Part shown: in pieces, positions 24,034 through 36,200 of the stretch
Position numbering within the stretch: the stretch's first letter is position 1
How the letters are laid out: the number at the start of each line of letters is the position of its first letter
Origin: Catajapyx aquilonaris
Lineage: Eukaryota
Direction of reading: 5' to 3'
Length of the DNA: 42,521 bases
Assembly: GCA_000934665.2 (NCBI GenBank)
Contig: KZ538886.1
Coordinates: 1-42,521 of the forward strand
Translations under genes and position numbers: made by a program
Notes under the pieces: model-generated
The model's database searches: none
Seen by the model: only the letters and a program-made list of their open reading frames with translations
Told to the model about the DNA's origin: nothing

Positions 24034-24049
24034 GGGAGGGTGGGGAGGG
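24034..24049 (+). other. Potential G-quadruplex with 1-nt loops
   Basis: GGG A GGG T GGGG A GGG. Confidence 0.7.
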
Positions 24050-26988
24050 CACCATCCTTATGTCCCGAAAAAAAAATAATAATATAAAAGTTAGAGGGGG
24101 TCGCTTAATGTGGCAGAGGCTTATCCTCCTGGATAAAAGGCGTCCTTTTTAGTCGAAGCGTCATTCCCAACCAGTGGACGTGACATCGAATGTGACCAAG
24201 ATAACGATGAGACGTAATAACTCTCATTGAACCCATTCGGAAGCAGCTAATTACCTTGTAGACAATCCCTATTTAAGCCTCAAGCCAATGTCTTCGCCTG
24301 CATATTGTTAACAGGTTATTGCCCCACCCAAAGTTGTTAGTCACTAACTGTAAACTTTCTGCACACTTTTAAACCCATCCCCCCCCCCCTGTAACGCCAC
24401 AAATATTGGAAATCCGGCACACAAGTCCTAATCTCCCAAGCAAATTCCTTCCCCCCCTCTACCAGAAACTTCTGATTCCTACTCCATCCTAGATAACTCC
24501 TCTCTCACTTTCCAGGCGAAAAATCCCCCCCTCCCCCTTGACTTCAACTACAAACTGAATAGTATCTGATAGTGGGAAAGAGGGAGGGGGCAGATCCTGC
24601 GTAAGACTCGTGCATTAATTATGAGAATTAGAGCCGACATTTGCCAAGGTATTAAGTTAATTCTCTTTTCCAGATGAGCGTTCCACCTTGGGGTTGGGTT
24701 TTCCGACAGAATGTCTCCCGGAGCCCGAAACCCATTCTCCCTCCCTGGTCCTCGCCCCGCCTCTCCCCACCCGCACAGACACCGTTAAAACATTTAACTG
24801 AGCCTAATTAATGCAACGGCAAATGCTGCTTTGGCACTTTGCGGCCTTTTGCTATACTAGTCGCATCACTGACTATTCATTGATCTCAGGTCGATCTATG
24901 CGGCGAGGAAAGAAGCTATTCGGGTGGGAAAAGTACTATCTCACCAAAAACCTTTCTGTAAAAAAAGGCCAAGTTCTCCTGACTTCTTGGCCGTCAAAAG
25001 TGGTGAGATCTGAAATACGGCCAAGTTCAACGTCGTACTCATTACTGGCATTCCCAAATTCTTCAACGTAAATCACTAACTTAATTTTTCCAGGTCGACC
25101 TTAAGTTTAATAAACAGAAAATTTTAATGGATCCAAAAAGTACTATTCGAAGCAGAGGAAGAGTTAGACACGACTCAAAAATAATTTAGAGAGAGCGGGG
25201 CTCTACTCTCGGGTCCTTCGCTTATTGAATAAAAATAGGAAGGGTTATATCGAGGTCTCCCGAGCGATTGCGCTTTAAAAATAGATATGACCGCGAGTAG
25301 AGAAGTAAACTCTTGTATTATTCATGATGGTTTACCTATACCGTTGGGTTCAATATTTAACCGGCCTTTCCCAGTGCCAGCTCCCTGATTTTACAATGTT
25401 AATTGCGCAGTTCAAATTGGAGAACAGGCTAACTTGTATAACATAAGCATCGAAGGCGTTAATTTGGATCGCAGTTTTGTTAACCCAAAAGGGCCTCTTG
25501 CTCTTTAAACTTTCAGCATTACTATGCAGTTTCAATGCCTTGGAGCATTGTTTTCCTTTTTCCCTCCCCACCATCCTCCTACTGAGCATATACTGACGGT
25601 ACAAAGTCCTAGCCTGGCGATATATATACCTGCCCAAATAAACTTCAACAGCACACCAGTTCTGCCCTGAAGTTTTGAAATAAACTGAAGTTCACGGGCG
25701 GCTAGTCATGCGGAAGGAGTTTATGCCAGCTCAACCCGAACTTTCCATTTTCAAACATACGGAGAGTATATACTGTATATACATATACGGACCTGACGAT
25801 GCTGTGGCATAATTTGCATTATGCAACGGACTGTTATCCCTCGCATGAACCGCCGCTTTTCCCTATAGATGCGAACACCGATGCATTAAAAAGACATTAA
25901 CCAGGCTTTTTTCCATAAAGTGACCACTAACTGTTTACATCTGCGGACAGTGAAGTACAGGATTTGCTCACTTGCTGGCGCTGCGATACTAGCGCCATCC
26001 AACGTGCAAACACCCTTAAGTAAACTCCTACTTAGCTCGCCTTTCAGCAAGCACCCTAGACTTCATTACAGAACGGTTTGACGAACACGAGAGCTTTTCA
26101 CAGCATCTCAGCGACCCTTTTTTTTTATTATTATTCACCAAGCAAACCCCCCGAAATAACGTTATAAGCGAGAGTAAATGGCTGTTTTAAAATATTATCG
26201 CTTGCCTTCCGCCTTTTCTCACCCACGAAATGACAGTTTTTGAGCTCTAATTACATCCAACTCCTGGGTTGGTTTCAATGTACCCTGGGTGAGTAGGAGG
26301 AGGGGGAGGGTGCACTTGATAATTCTCTCCCTCTTTACTCTAATTGGCTTACCGTCTTTTATGAAGGCAAGATTTTTAATTTCCTTGAAAAGGAAGCAAG
26401 AGGAGGAAGCAGGGAATTTTGTTGTCGAAACACACTAAGGGGGAAGATCATGGGTGAAGGAGGAGGGGGGGAGGGGGGAGAAAATTTCGTTCCGAAGGAG
26501 GAGCCTTCTTCCTGTCTGAATTAAATGGGGAGGGGGCCAACTTTCTTTGAAAGCCAAACCTGGTTGCTAAATCAATTCCATCCCCCACCCCCTCCCCACC
26601 TCAAACCATGCAGCCTCAGTTCACAACAAACACACAACTTCGACCAAGTTAACGATGATGTGCGCTCGCGGAAAAATTGGTACAAAAAAAGCTCTATCTG
26701 CTCCGATGAATCGCAAAAAAAACGTTTTCCAATTTGCGAAAAACAAAGAAAAACGAGCATGCAAAAATAATGGTTTCTTTACCGAACCTTTGTAAATACA
26801 TGTATAGGTGGTCCAACAAGAAACTTTTGCAGACAAAAAGTCCGGTTATACTATTTTCGATTAAGCAGAACGGTTACTTGCAGCCGTTATCTGCTGTACA
26901 ACAAGTAACTTAATATTACCCCTTGTAACAAGCAAACTTTTTGATTACTATAGTAAATGGGAGGTAAACATTGTGAAGTTTCACTGGG

Positions 26989-27254
26989 AAGTAACTGATA
27001 GGGTGCTTTCTGCTTACTGCCGAATAAAGAACAGAATTTCTGTTGAAATTGTAGCTTCACTTGAAAGCAACTTCTCTCGAAGTAACCGAATACCTACAAC
27101 TTACTGGAATACATCTAAACAAGCACAATTTACGTTCCAGTTGACGTGTCATAGCTACAAGGAACCCAATACTTCCTGGCTTACAGAATGTCTGTTGAAT
27201 CAGTTGAAATTCAGCTAACCGCTCCAGGTAACCTAATACTTTCTGCTTACTGGA
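26989..27254. repeat. Degenerate dispersed-tandem repeat (4 copies of a ~26-bp motif)
   Basis: GTAACTGATAGGGTGCTTTCTGCTTACTG (26991), GTAACCGAATACCTACAACTTACTG (27082), GGAACCCAATACTTCCTGGCTTACAG (27161), GTAACCTAATACTTTCTGCTTACTG (27228). ACAGAATKTCTGTTGAA also occurs twice (27031, 27183). Confidence 0.65.
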
Positions 27255-27342
27255 AAACACACTGTACAAGGAGAATATCTGTAACAATGTTCCTCTGTTG
27301 TGCGGTTGCCCTGTCAGTCAGTCGTCAGCTAGTGATGAACAG

Positions 27343-27378
27343 TACTCACCTGCAAGGAAGAAAATAAATAAATTAGCA
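27343..27378 (-). other. Candidate recursive splice site (3' splice site directly abutting a 5' splice site)
   Basis: Minus strand reads TGCTAAT TTATTTATTTTCTTCCTTG CAG|GTGAGTA: branch-point CTAAT (A at 27373), an AG-free pyrimidine tract, CAG, then consensus donor GTGAGT. Junction at 27350/27349. Confidence 0.6.
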
Positions 27379-30300
27379 TACAATTTATTATTACATATAA
27401 AGTTAGATCCAAACCCATCCAACCCTACAGGACACACATATTTACAGGCACCCCCCCCCCTCCTTCACAATGCATTGTTTTCCGGGTCACATGTGTGCCA
27501 TTTGTGTAATCAAGAGCTACAGTCACAGGCCCATTGCAAACTTCAGGTGGCAAGCACCGCCTCTATTAAAAGTTGAAGCTCTCAGTTCGTAATTTTCGAT
27601 TAGCCCTGCATGTAATTTTTGTCATAGAGGGTGGCGATGCTTTTTGCGACCTCTGAAATGGCAAAAGCACCTAGCAACCAAATCCCCCAAGTTCTTCAAA
27701 GGGAAAAACACCATTAGGTCCCCGACACAGTGTCCCCCACCTCCCCAACTTTAAAACCTGCCCCCCCCCCCTCGAAATCAATGTATTATCCTCAAAGCAT
27801 TGCCAGCCAGTAGTTACTTTGTCTGTCAGAATATATTCGAAATGCAGCAGCAGCAGAGCTCGGGGTTCAAACGCATGCAAAATTACTCCGGGTCCTAATG
27901 CCCACCTGTCCAACTCGGAATAACACATGAGCTCTCGTCACCAGTCTTATGCACATGAGGCGGTACCAGGTAATGACTAATTCACCTGACTAATTAGTTG
28001 GAGTGTGGCGGCCTATGGCAGCCAGATTGATGTTTCATTCAAGGCGTGAACAGTTCAATTTTTTTTTTGTCAGCGTGTGACTTTATTTCTTGGGTACTAC
28101 GTAACTGGTTAATAAAAATATTGCCAATTTGTGGCTCAACGAGGTGCAACACCTGGTGTGTCCCGATAATTTCCGAGAGTGTGCAACATAATAAATAAAT
28201 CCACGAACCAGCATTGTTGTCACACCTCCAGTACGTTCAGTCAAGTGATTACCTTCACGCAGTCCTTTAAAACCAGCCCATCAATCATCATCAATAAGAC
28301 GTGTGGGGAGCCCTGCACCCGATAATTTAAGACGCACCCTACTTGCAACAATTTATCGTCGGCGGAGTTGCCACAAACTCGCGGTAAAGCGGGGGCCGAA
28401 CTGTCCGCCGCAAAACCCATGACTCAGTTACGCCATCTTGAGTGTTTATTGAATGAATATCTTGTGGCAGCTTCTTGGGAGACGAGGCCAAGGAGGTCTC
28501 CCTCCCCCCACTAAAATCCATCTGAAGCCTTGCAGCCCCTTCCACCCCCTCCCCCTCTCAACTTATTCGATTAGGCTCAGACTACCTCCAGATCCAGAGG
28601 GGGAAGCTGACCCGCTTGGGATACACCCCCTCCACTTCCAGAAGGGTCACTTTGGGCTCACAAGGACGTTTTTCCTGAAACAAGCCCTGAAGAGGATTGA
28701 TTCCGGCCGTCCCAAGGAGCTAGCGCCATTTTTTTTTTCTTCTTCCACGATGCAAAAGCTGAATGCAAAAATCCACCCCCCTCTGGTGTTTTCTGTCCCT
28801 CAGGCCGATCGAAGTTTAGAAGGGGGAAGAGGAGGGGGAAGGGTAAAAAAAAATGTCGGGACTCCACGAAAGTTTAAACTTTTAACTGGCGACTCCATTT
28901 ACATTTCACTTCCATCGATTTGAAAGGGACTGCCTCTAGGAAGGTAGTTTTTTCTACTATTTCGATAGAGAAAAATTCGGGGTACGAACTAACTCGTTTC
29001 AATTACGTTCCACACCAGAATGGGAAAAAATGGCCACAAAAATGACAAATCCTTCGTTGTATGACCGAGGCCACCATTCTGCGCCTGCGTAATGGGGAGA
29101 GGCAGTGCCTCTGGTGGGTGAAAGGAGGAACTAGTTAATATATAAATTCGCCCAAATATGTCCAGCATCCTAATATTTTTAGTCATTACTAGTGAACCCG
29201 TTGCCAAAATTGGGCAAAACTTATAATCAGTAGAAGAGTGGCAATCAAACAACATGAATGGGTATGGCCCGCCGATTTACCACGTAGTACTATTCTTCAA
29301 TCATAGATGGCGCATACTCGGCACACTCCTGCCACCCTCAGATCGTGCGAGAGATAGCGATACTATCAAGTCGGACACACATCCGACGGAGATCATGCTC
29401 ATAGAAATAAAATCACTTAATTAAATCAGGCATTAGTTAAGACCACAAAATTAGCAGGTAACTTTAAAATATTGCTTGGGGCAAATTCTACCCTTGAAAT
29501 TATCATCGAGGGAAAGATCTCTGCTGATTCATTGCAGCTTTTCCCACCTTTCCATTTTTCGTTTCGCCGCCGCCAGAGAGGCGTGCGTGATCCCATCTTC
29601 CTCCCACTTTAATGAACTCACCCCCGCAACAATAATGAAAAAGAACAACAACAACAAAAAAATCATATGACGCCGCCGTTTGACAAATGTTCCGCCCTGT
29701 TCGTAGCCCTTCACACGGCGTCAGACGTGACAAATACATGCACCGCAAGAAAGTTGCTGCATATAGCACCGTAATTACCCACCTAATTGCATCTCAATAC
29801 CCCCACTTCTTCGCCTGACACGCTAATTATTATAATAATGAGTTAATGCCCTTAAGGTAACGGCAGGGGGAATGCCTTCGTTTCGCATCGCACCCAAGGC
29901 TAAAAGGCGGCCCAATCTCCGGGATGAAGCCAGAAAACAACTATGTATGCTCTGCCAGTTGTTATTCGATTACACCAGAGGTTACTCTACCTTTGATCTC
30001 GAGTGTATAGCGATTCATTCGTTTATCTATTAAAGTATGTTAGCGAATAGAGGGGGGCAGCCAAGTGGCAATTTCTTTTGGGAATCACGCCTGCAATTAT
30101 ATTCGGCTTGGGATATTGTTAAACCTACAGGGTGCGAAGAAGGGGTTGGGTTTAGGTAGCCGTTTATGGCTGTGGATTTCCGGAGAAGCGACCGGCTTTT
30201 TAAGACTCCCAGGAGAACCGAGCCCGCAGGCGACATAACCACGAATGCGAGTGAAACTTGAGCGTTAGTTTTAAAGGTGGGCACACACAGCAGCCTCACG

Positions 30301-32212
30301 CTATTGTTTGATCTCGCTGTTTGGCCTAGAACAGTCACAATGAGACTGCTCTTTCAGGTGCATTAAAACACTCAAATATTAATACCATGATAACACGAGA
30401 GGAATCGACCATTCATGTCTAATGAAGCATCAATTATTGAGGATCCCAAAATAAATCGTTGTTAACATACCCATCTAAATTGAACGTTTTAAAAACCACA
30501 CTGCAATAAATTAGGCTACCGGCCAGTTTATCAAACTCCAGTTAGCCGACGGCAACACGTGCCTCGAAATAACTTACATAATCACGGTTTACAACTGTTG
30601 TTACGCAGTCACGAAACGGTCATAAATAGGTCAAAAAATTCCCTAGGGATGATTCCCGCCACAACACCTGGCTCTTTTTTCCTTTCCAAAAAATTCCGAT
30701 CACGCCCACCCGGTTCTACCAAAAACCGGCCGATGCTCAGGGCGATAGTCTCTCGATCCTTCAAAGAAGAAGTGTACCCAGAGGGTTTTCGCTTATTATC
30801 ACACGATTGCAACTTCCAAGATAAGCTCTGAGCAACACATGGTCGTAATGCGGTGGAATCAAAGACGTAAAATATCCTGGAAAGTATGCGTCCCACCTTG
30901 CTTTTTCATCCTTTAAAATGTGTTAGAGGCGTCCGGTCTGGCTGTAATGTCCCCTGATTAATGTCTATCTCAGAAATTAGGCTGCGTGGACCAAACGACA
31001 CTTTGCACAGACTTTCCCCACAATTTGAATCTATACAACCGGACCTTACCATCGGTTCAGGACAGCTCGCAGATTACACGTTAGTTACCGCCGTCTTACT
31101 TCGGGGCAACGCTAATTGGACCTCATTACAAGGCACCAACAATGAAAATTCCCCCGGTTTTGGGAAGGCCTTATATCCAGTTCCAGCCTCCCCAAAAACT
31201 TTCAGAGCTTGTTTCTCACCTCCCCCCCATAAAAACCATGCCCGCCCATTTCCAGCAGAGCTTCAACCCTCCAATTTCCAGCTGATCTGTTAATTAATGA
31301 GGTAAAATCAGATCCCTGATTTTGTGACCGCGGGGGGGTTTCCCTCTGCCCCCCCCCCTCCCACCCACCCCTGGAGCCATCAGGAAGCCCAAGGCTCTTC
31401 CAGGGTTTTTGTCCAGGCAACCCCCCCAATCTACAAGGGTATTATTAACCGCTGGAAGTATTAGCCCCCTCTAATCCCCGCTACAGAAGCCCTCTCTCGG
31501 ATGCTAAAACGAGCCCTTTTCCTCTGAAGGGGGATAGCAGTTGGAGTGGAAAGCTAGGGTTAAAAAAGAATAGGTCGCGATCAGATAGCACATGTGCACA
31601 TGCACCCAAAACATGCTCTGAATCGGATAATTAAATCCAGCCCCAACCTCCCCCCCCCCCAAAGTCTGCCTCTTCTACCTGGGGCTTCCAGAATGAATTC
31701 ATTTGGCTGTGAAATGTCATCGGGACTCTATTGTTTCGTAACCGTTTCTATTGTAAAGGGTCGCTTCCGATATCCCTCACAAAGTGCAGTATTATGTGTC
31801 TGCTACTGCCATGGGTTTTTTGGAGAGAGAGAGAAAAAAGAGGGGGGGGGGGCGCTCTAGAGAGGGTCTTAATGGAAACTCGCTTCAATATCCAACAGTG
31901 GCCCGAGTTTATTATGGGGAAAGACAAAGATCTGGGCTGCACGGGCTCTCGAACCCGCCAATGTACGTATTGTGTCAAGTTCCAATGAATCCCCTCGGTG
32001 TCCTTCAGCCCGCNCCCCAACCTCTCTCGAAAATTAAACGGGTTCCATCGGTGTACTGTTTCAAGCTCTTTTCATAAAACCGATACAATGGGAACCGAAT
32101 CGGTTCTAGTCATCTTGGGTGAGAGGATTTTATATAGGTAGCTGGTGAAATGTAGTTAGAATTGTCGATACTAACTTGTAAGAGCCAGCCCTATATATGT
32201 TTGGAAAATAAC

Positions 32213-32366
32213 CCAGTAGATGTCGTCAGCCTCCCGTCACTAAGATGGCGCTGTTTCCCCGCCAATCTCTCGTCCACGCGCCTCTAATAAACTGTCGCCA
32301 TATTCCACGACACACACATGCAAGGAATGCGCCCCCCTTGCTTCCTACACATTTCAGAGGGCGGAG
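32213..32366. promoter_or_regulatory. Promoter-like motif cluster (YY1/CTCF-like, E2F-like/CCAAT, GC box)
   Basis: CCAGTAGATGTCGT (32213), AAGATGGCGCT (32242), TTTCCCCGCCAAT (32254) and GGGCGGAG (32359) in CpG-rich sequence. Confidence 0.3.
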
Positions 32367-33063
32367 TTGAGGAATCAATAAGGGGTACTTATTGAAGCAT
32401 GGCTTCCTTTCCCCTGGTACCTTTCTGGGGGAAGGAGGGACGATGCTTGTGGGCTCCATGGAACACGCTCCCGGAGTTTAATCGCCTGTACAGAAGGCCC
32501 CGGAGAGGACGCCTGGAGTGGGTTTTGAAGAGGGGAGGGGGTTGGTGGGGAGAAAAGACCTCAGCCTCTCCCCCCTTTACTACAAGATGAAGGGGCAGAA
32601 CGTGCGTGAAGAGGAAGAGAGAGAAGTCGAGGGAGAGAGACAAGAGGACGCTGTAATTTTCACGAGAGGCCTACGATGGAACAATTAGGCCTGGACCAGC
32701 GTTAATGACCGGCCTCGTGGTGTGCGCTGCCTCCCTCGAGGGGGTGGGAGACGAGGAGACAAAAACCTGGGGAAGTGCGTTTAAAAAGGGGTTGCAAACC
32801 TCAATCATGGCCGAATCACTGGTGCAGTTGATCCAATAGTAGGTCATGACTAAAAGGGAGGGGGGAAAAGCGCCGATGCATTTGCATTAGATTGGGGAAA
32901 TTCAATTTACACCCGGTATGGCCCAGTCTGCTGTTTGATCGAGTGCGCATCCAGGATGGCGCAGACAGTCTTGTTATTAGGGTCAAAAAATCCAAGAAAA
33001 AATCTTATATGGTCAGTGGGTGGGTAATGTTAGCCCTATATACTCGTATCTGCCATGAATTGG

Positions 33064-33253
33064 CTGATTGGATGAAGGCTTATATCCTATACTACAGCAG
33101 CGTCATACAGCTAGCGACATTTATCTGCTGCGGCAGAAGTGCAAATCGAAGTGATCGAGTGTGAGCCGTGCGAGTAAGAAGAGGTAGGCCTTGAGTGACG
33201 TCATTGGCTGGTGGCAATGGAGAAAAGGGCTTGTCCACAGCCAGTGACGTCAC
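33064..33253. promoter_or_regulatory. Two perfect CRE palindromes with inverted CCAAT boxes
   Basis: TGACGTCA at 33196-33203 and 33245-33252 (both preceded by AG), CTGATTGG at 33064-33071, and ATTGG at 33203-33207. Confidence 0.4.
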
Positions 33254-36200
33254 CCAAGGGCTACCATTTCTTACTCGCACCGCTCGCGCTCTATCACTTC
33301 AATTTGCACGTCTGCCGCATCGGAAAATGTCGCTAGCAGTATGACAGAATTAATGTCCAACACTGTACAAGGAGCCGAAATTGAACAAAAATCCCACAAT
33401 TCCAACATTTGCTGCGCCATTAGGATGCGCACTGTGTTCATACGAAAACTGAGCAAATAGTACAGATGACACAACTAGCACCATATTTCCTGCCTCACTT
33501 TTTGTGTCTCTATGCCTAAACCTGGAGCACCTGCATTTATCACGGTCCACTTGTTTATGTCCCTGGTGGGGAAAGCGATGGGATGAGGGATAATGGCGTG
33601 TTCCCTGCGCTGACTTTGATAGAAGAAGGCCTTTTCCCTTTCCCCCCACAGATCTGCATATACAGGCTCTGCTCGCGGTGTATCTTCCATCTTGGGGATC
33701 AAAGGGGGAGAGAGAGAGAGACCGAGGGAGGGGATATCATCATCATCACAGGATATCGCTGTTGGGCACGTGCAACCGTGCGGTTATTCCCCGAGCTGAC
33801 CTCGAACCTCATCTTAGAGGTCGGGATGTCGGGTCGCCGTAGGAGGCCATCAAATTTCAATCCGATGCTGCGAGGTGTCTCTGACAGACCTCGCAACAAG
33901 ACGGTGGCGTCTCCATGACCACTCCAAAAGCTCGATTCCTTCTGGGGATATCAAGAGTACCCTCTTGTCCGCAGGAACCTCCTCCAACTTCCTTTCTAAT
34001 TGACGTAGAGAGGGTGACTTGCCGAGACAAAAGGAGGGATAGGGCGGCGTAGAGTTGGGGTAGGATGTAATGAAGGAAAACCCGGGGTTATTACCACCAG
34101 ACAATGCACCCAAGCCTTCTATATCTTGGAAGAGAGGCCTTGGTTTCCATTTGGGGGCCATGTAGTTCACTGGTTCACCTCACGATTCGGTTCCGGTCAT
34201 TACGGCCGTGCTCTCGGCGACATGAGAAAATTTGTAGGGAGGTGCTGGTCACACCAATGGTCAAGGGCATTCAGGTCAATGTCAAGGGTAAAGCTGTCAG
34301 ATCAACACATTTTCTGCAAGGGAATATTACCTGTCATCTCAATGAAATTCAAAAAAATCAAACCCACTTTTCAAAGACGGGTGCTATATCAAAAGTTCTT
34401 TTACTAACACCGCAAGACTCTGGTTTTATGCAACTTTATATACCCGGCAGTAAAAAGGTCCCACTTAAAAGTAAGGTTCGTTTCGCTTCTGATGTATAGC
34501 ATCTGAGCTGTCGAGCCCCTTTTTAGCCTTGCACACTTTTCGGAGCTGAGGGGATTGCTGCAGAAGACGCGGGCGCCATAAACTCCTGGGATACAGTCGC
34601 AAAAATCCTATTCCAATCTTATTTTACCAGAATTTCCTTCACTTTCGTCTCGGCCCACAGTCTTCTTTTTTCAAAAGCCCAAATCGCCGCGTTTATTGTC
34701 CAAAAACTAGCAAACAACAGGTGTGCCAATTGTTAATGTCCCATGTCGAATTTGTGTCCAGAATATGGCCGTTTCTCCAACCAGTTTTTTCCCCCCTTCT
34801 TCAGATCCTTCACATCACCACAACACAAACCTTACAGTCACACCCATACAACCCAACACAAAAAAAATAATTTCTCCATTACAGTACAGAAACAAGTCCA
34901 CGCCCTGGCTCCATTTTCATCGTCTCATTTGGGTGCAGCCAGCCAGCTCCAAGCCTTTTTCTAACAAACACTGTCCTTTTTTGGGAGGATGGTAGGACAG
35001 TCCTCCCCATAATCGATTTATAAAGACTAGCGCACAGTCCTAACATCTATCCAGGGGCACGACAGGAGCCTCTGGAACCGCGCCCGTTTCCGTATGCAAC
35101 GACCGGAGGAAAAGGGTTTTTTTTTGTCCCCCCTCCACCCCCCTTGTATTATTCCGCACATGTCCCCGCAGTTCTGCATAAAACCGGCCGTGTCCACCTT
35201 CACAGCGTGAGGAACAACCCGTATTGTCCACCAAGGCCTGCAGTCATCTGTCAGGTTGGTAGCTCTCTCACACGCACATACAAAAAAAACAGAACTGGAT
35301 CCGAAAAAAATCCCGTATTTCGGTTACAGGCCTCTGTAACGATGCATATCAAAAAACCGTACCTTATCTTTATAGGCCTATAAAAGGACTCGTCCGTGCT
35401 TACTCACCTGACAAATCCGGGCTATCTTTCTTTTTTCATGTGACGCGCCATGAAATACGGCGCCGGAATTGATAGTCTTGACCTCAACGAGACTGCCATG
35501 TTTGTCCGGGGGAACAACGTAATTACTGCGTATTTATTGAATGGAAGGAAAAGCCACGAGGAAAAAAAAAATTCAACCATTAAAACTAAACATTAAAAAA
35601 ATAGGTGGATATATGTGTGGCTTTGTATATTATGCGCTTTGAAACCAACTGACTGCTTGTCAGCCCTTGCATGTTTGTGTGTGCCTTCTGAAAATTGCTC
35701 TCACTTGTCAGATACAACCTTTTTCCCTGTCCAGAAAACTAACGCGAAAAAAACCATTTTTCCAACCAGGTAAAAAAATCGCATGGGATATATGCATCAA
35801 GTCCAACTGGGCCCAATATGATGCAAAAAAAAGTTTGCAATTCCTCCAAAATATAATTTTTGCTGAGTTGTCACTCTATTGATTCAATTGTCGAGCAATT
35901 GGCTTAGTTGTTAAATCAATTTCATCTAATTACATAATGGTAGTCATTCTTGTATTAACTACGTACGCAATTTAGTATTTATTTGTGTATTATTGGCATT
36001 AGGAGCTTTGTACTTAATTGTCAGTATCTGTTTTTTAGTGTTCGATTAAACAATATCTAAGAGCAATAATCGATATCAAACAAAAAAATGCTAGCATCAA
36101 TTATTGAGAAGAGAAAAACATATGCTGGATCCACTGATATCCTCAATTACTCAGTCACTAAAAAAATAAACACCCCGTGTAAATAATAAACCTCTAGACC

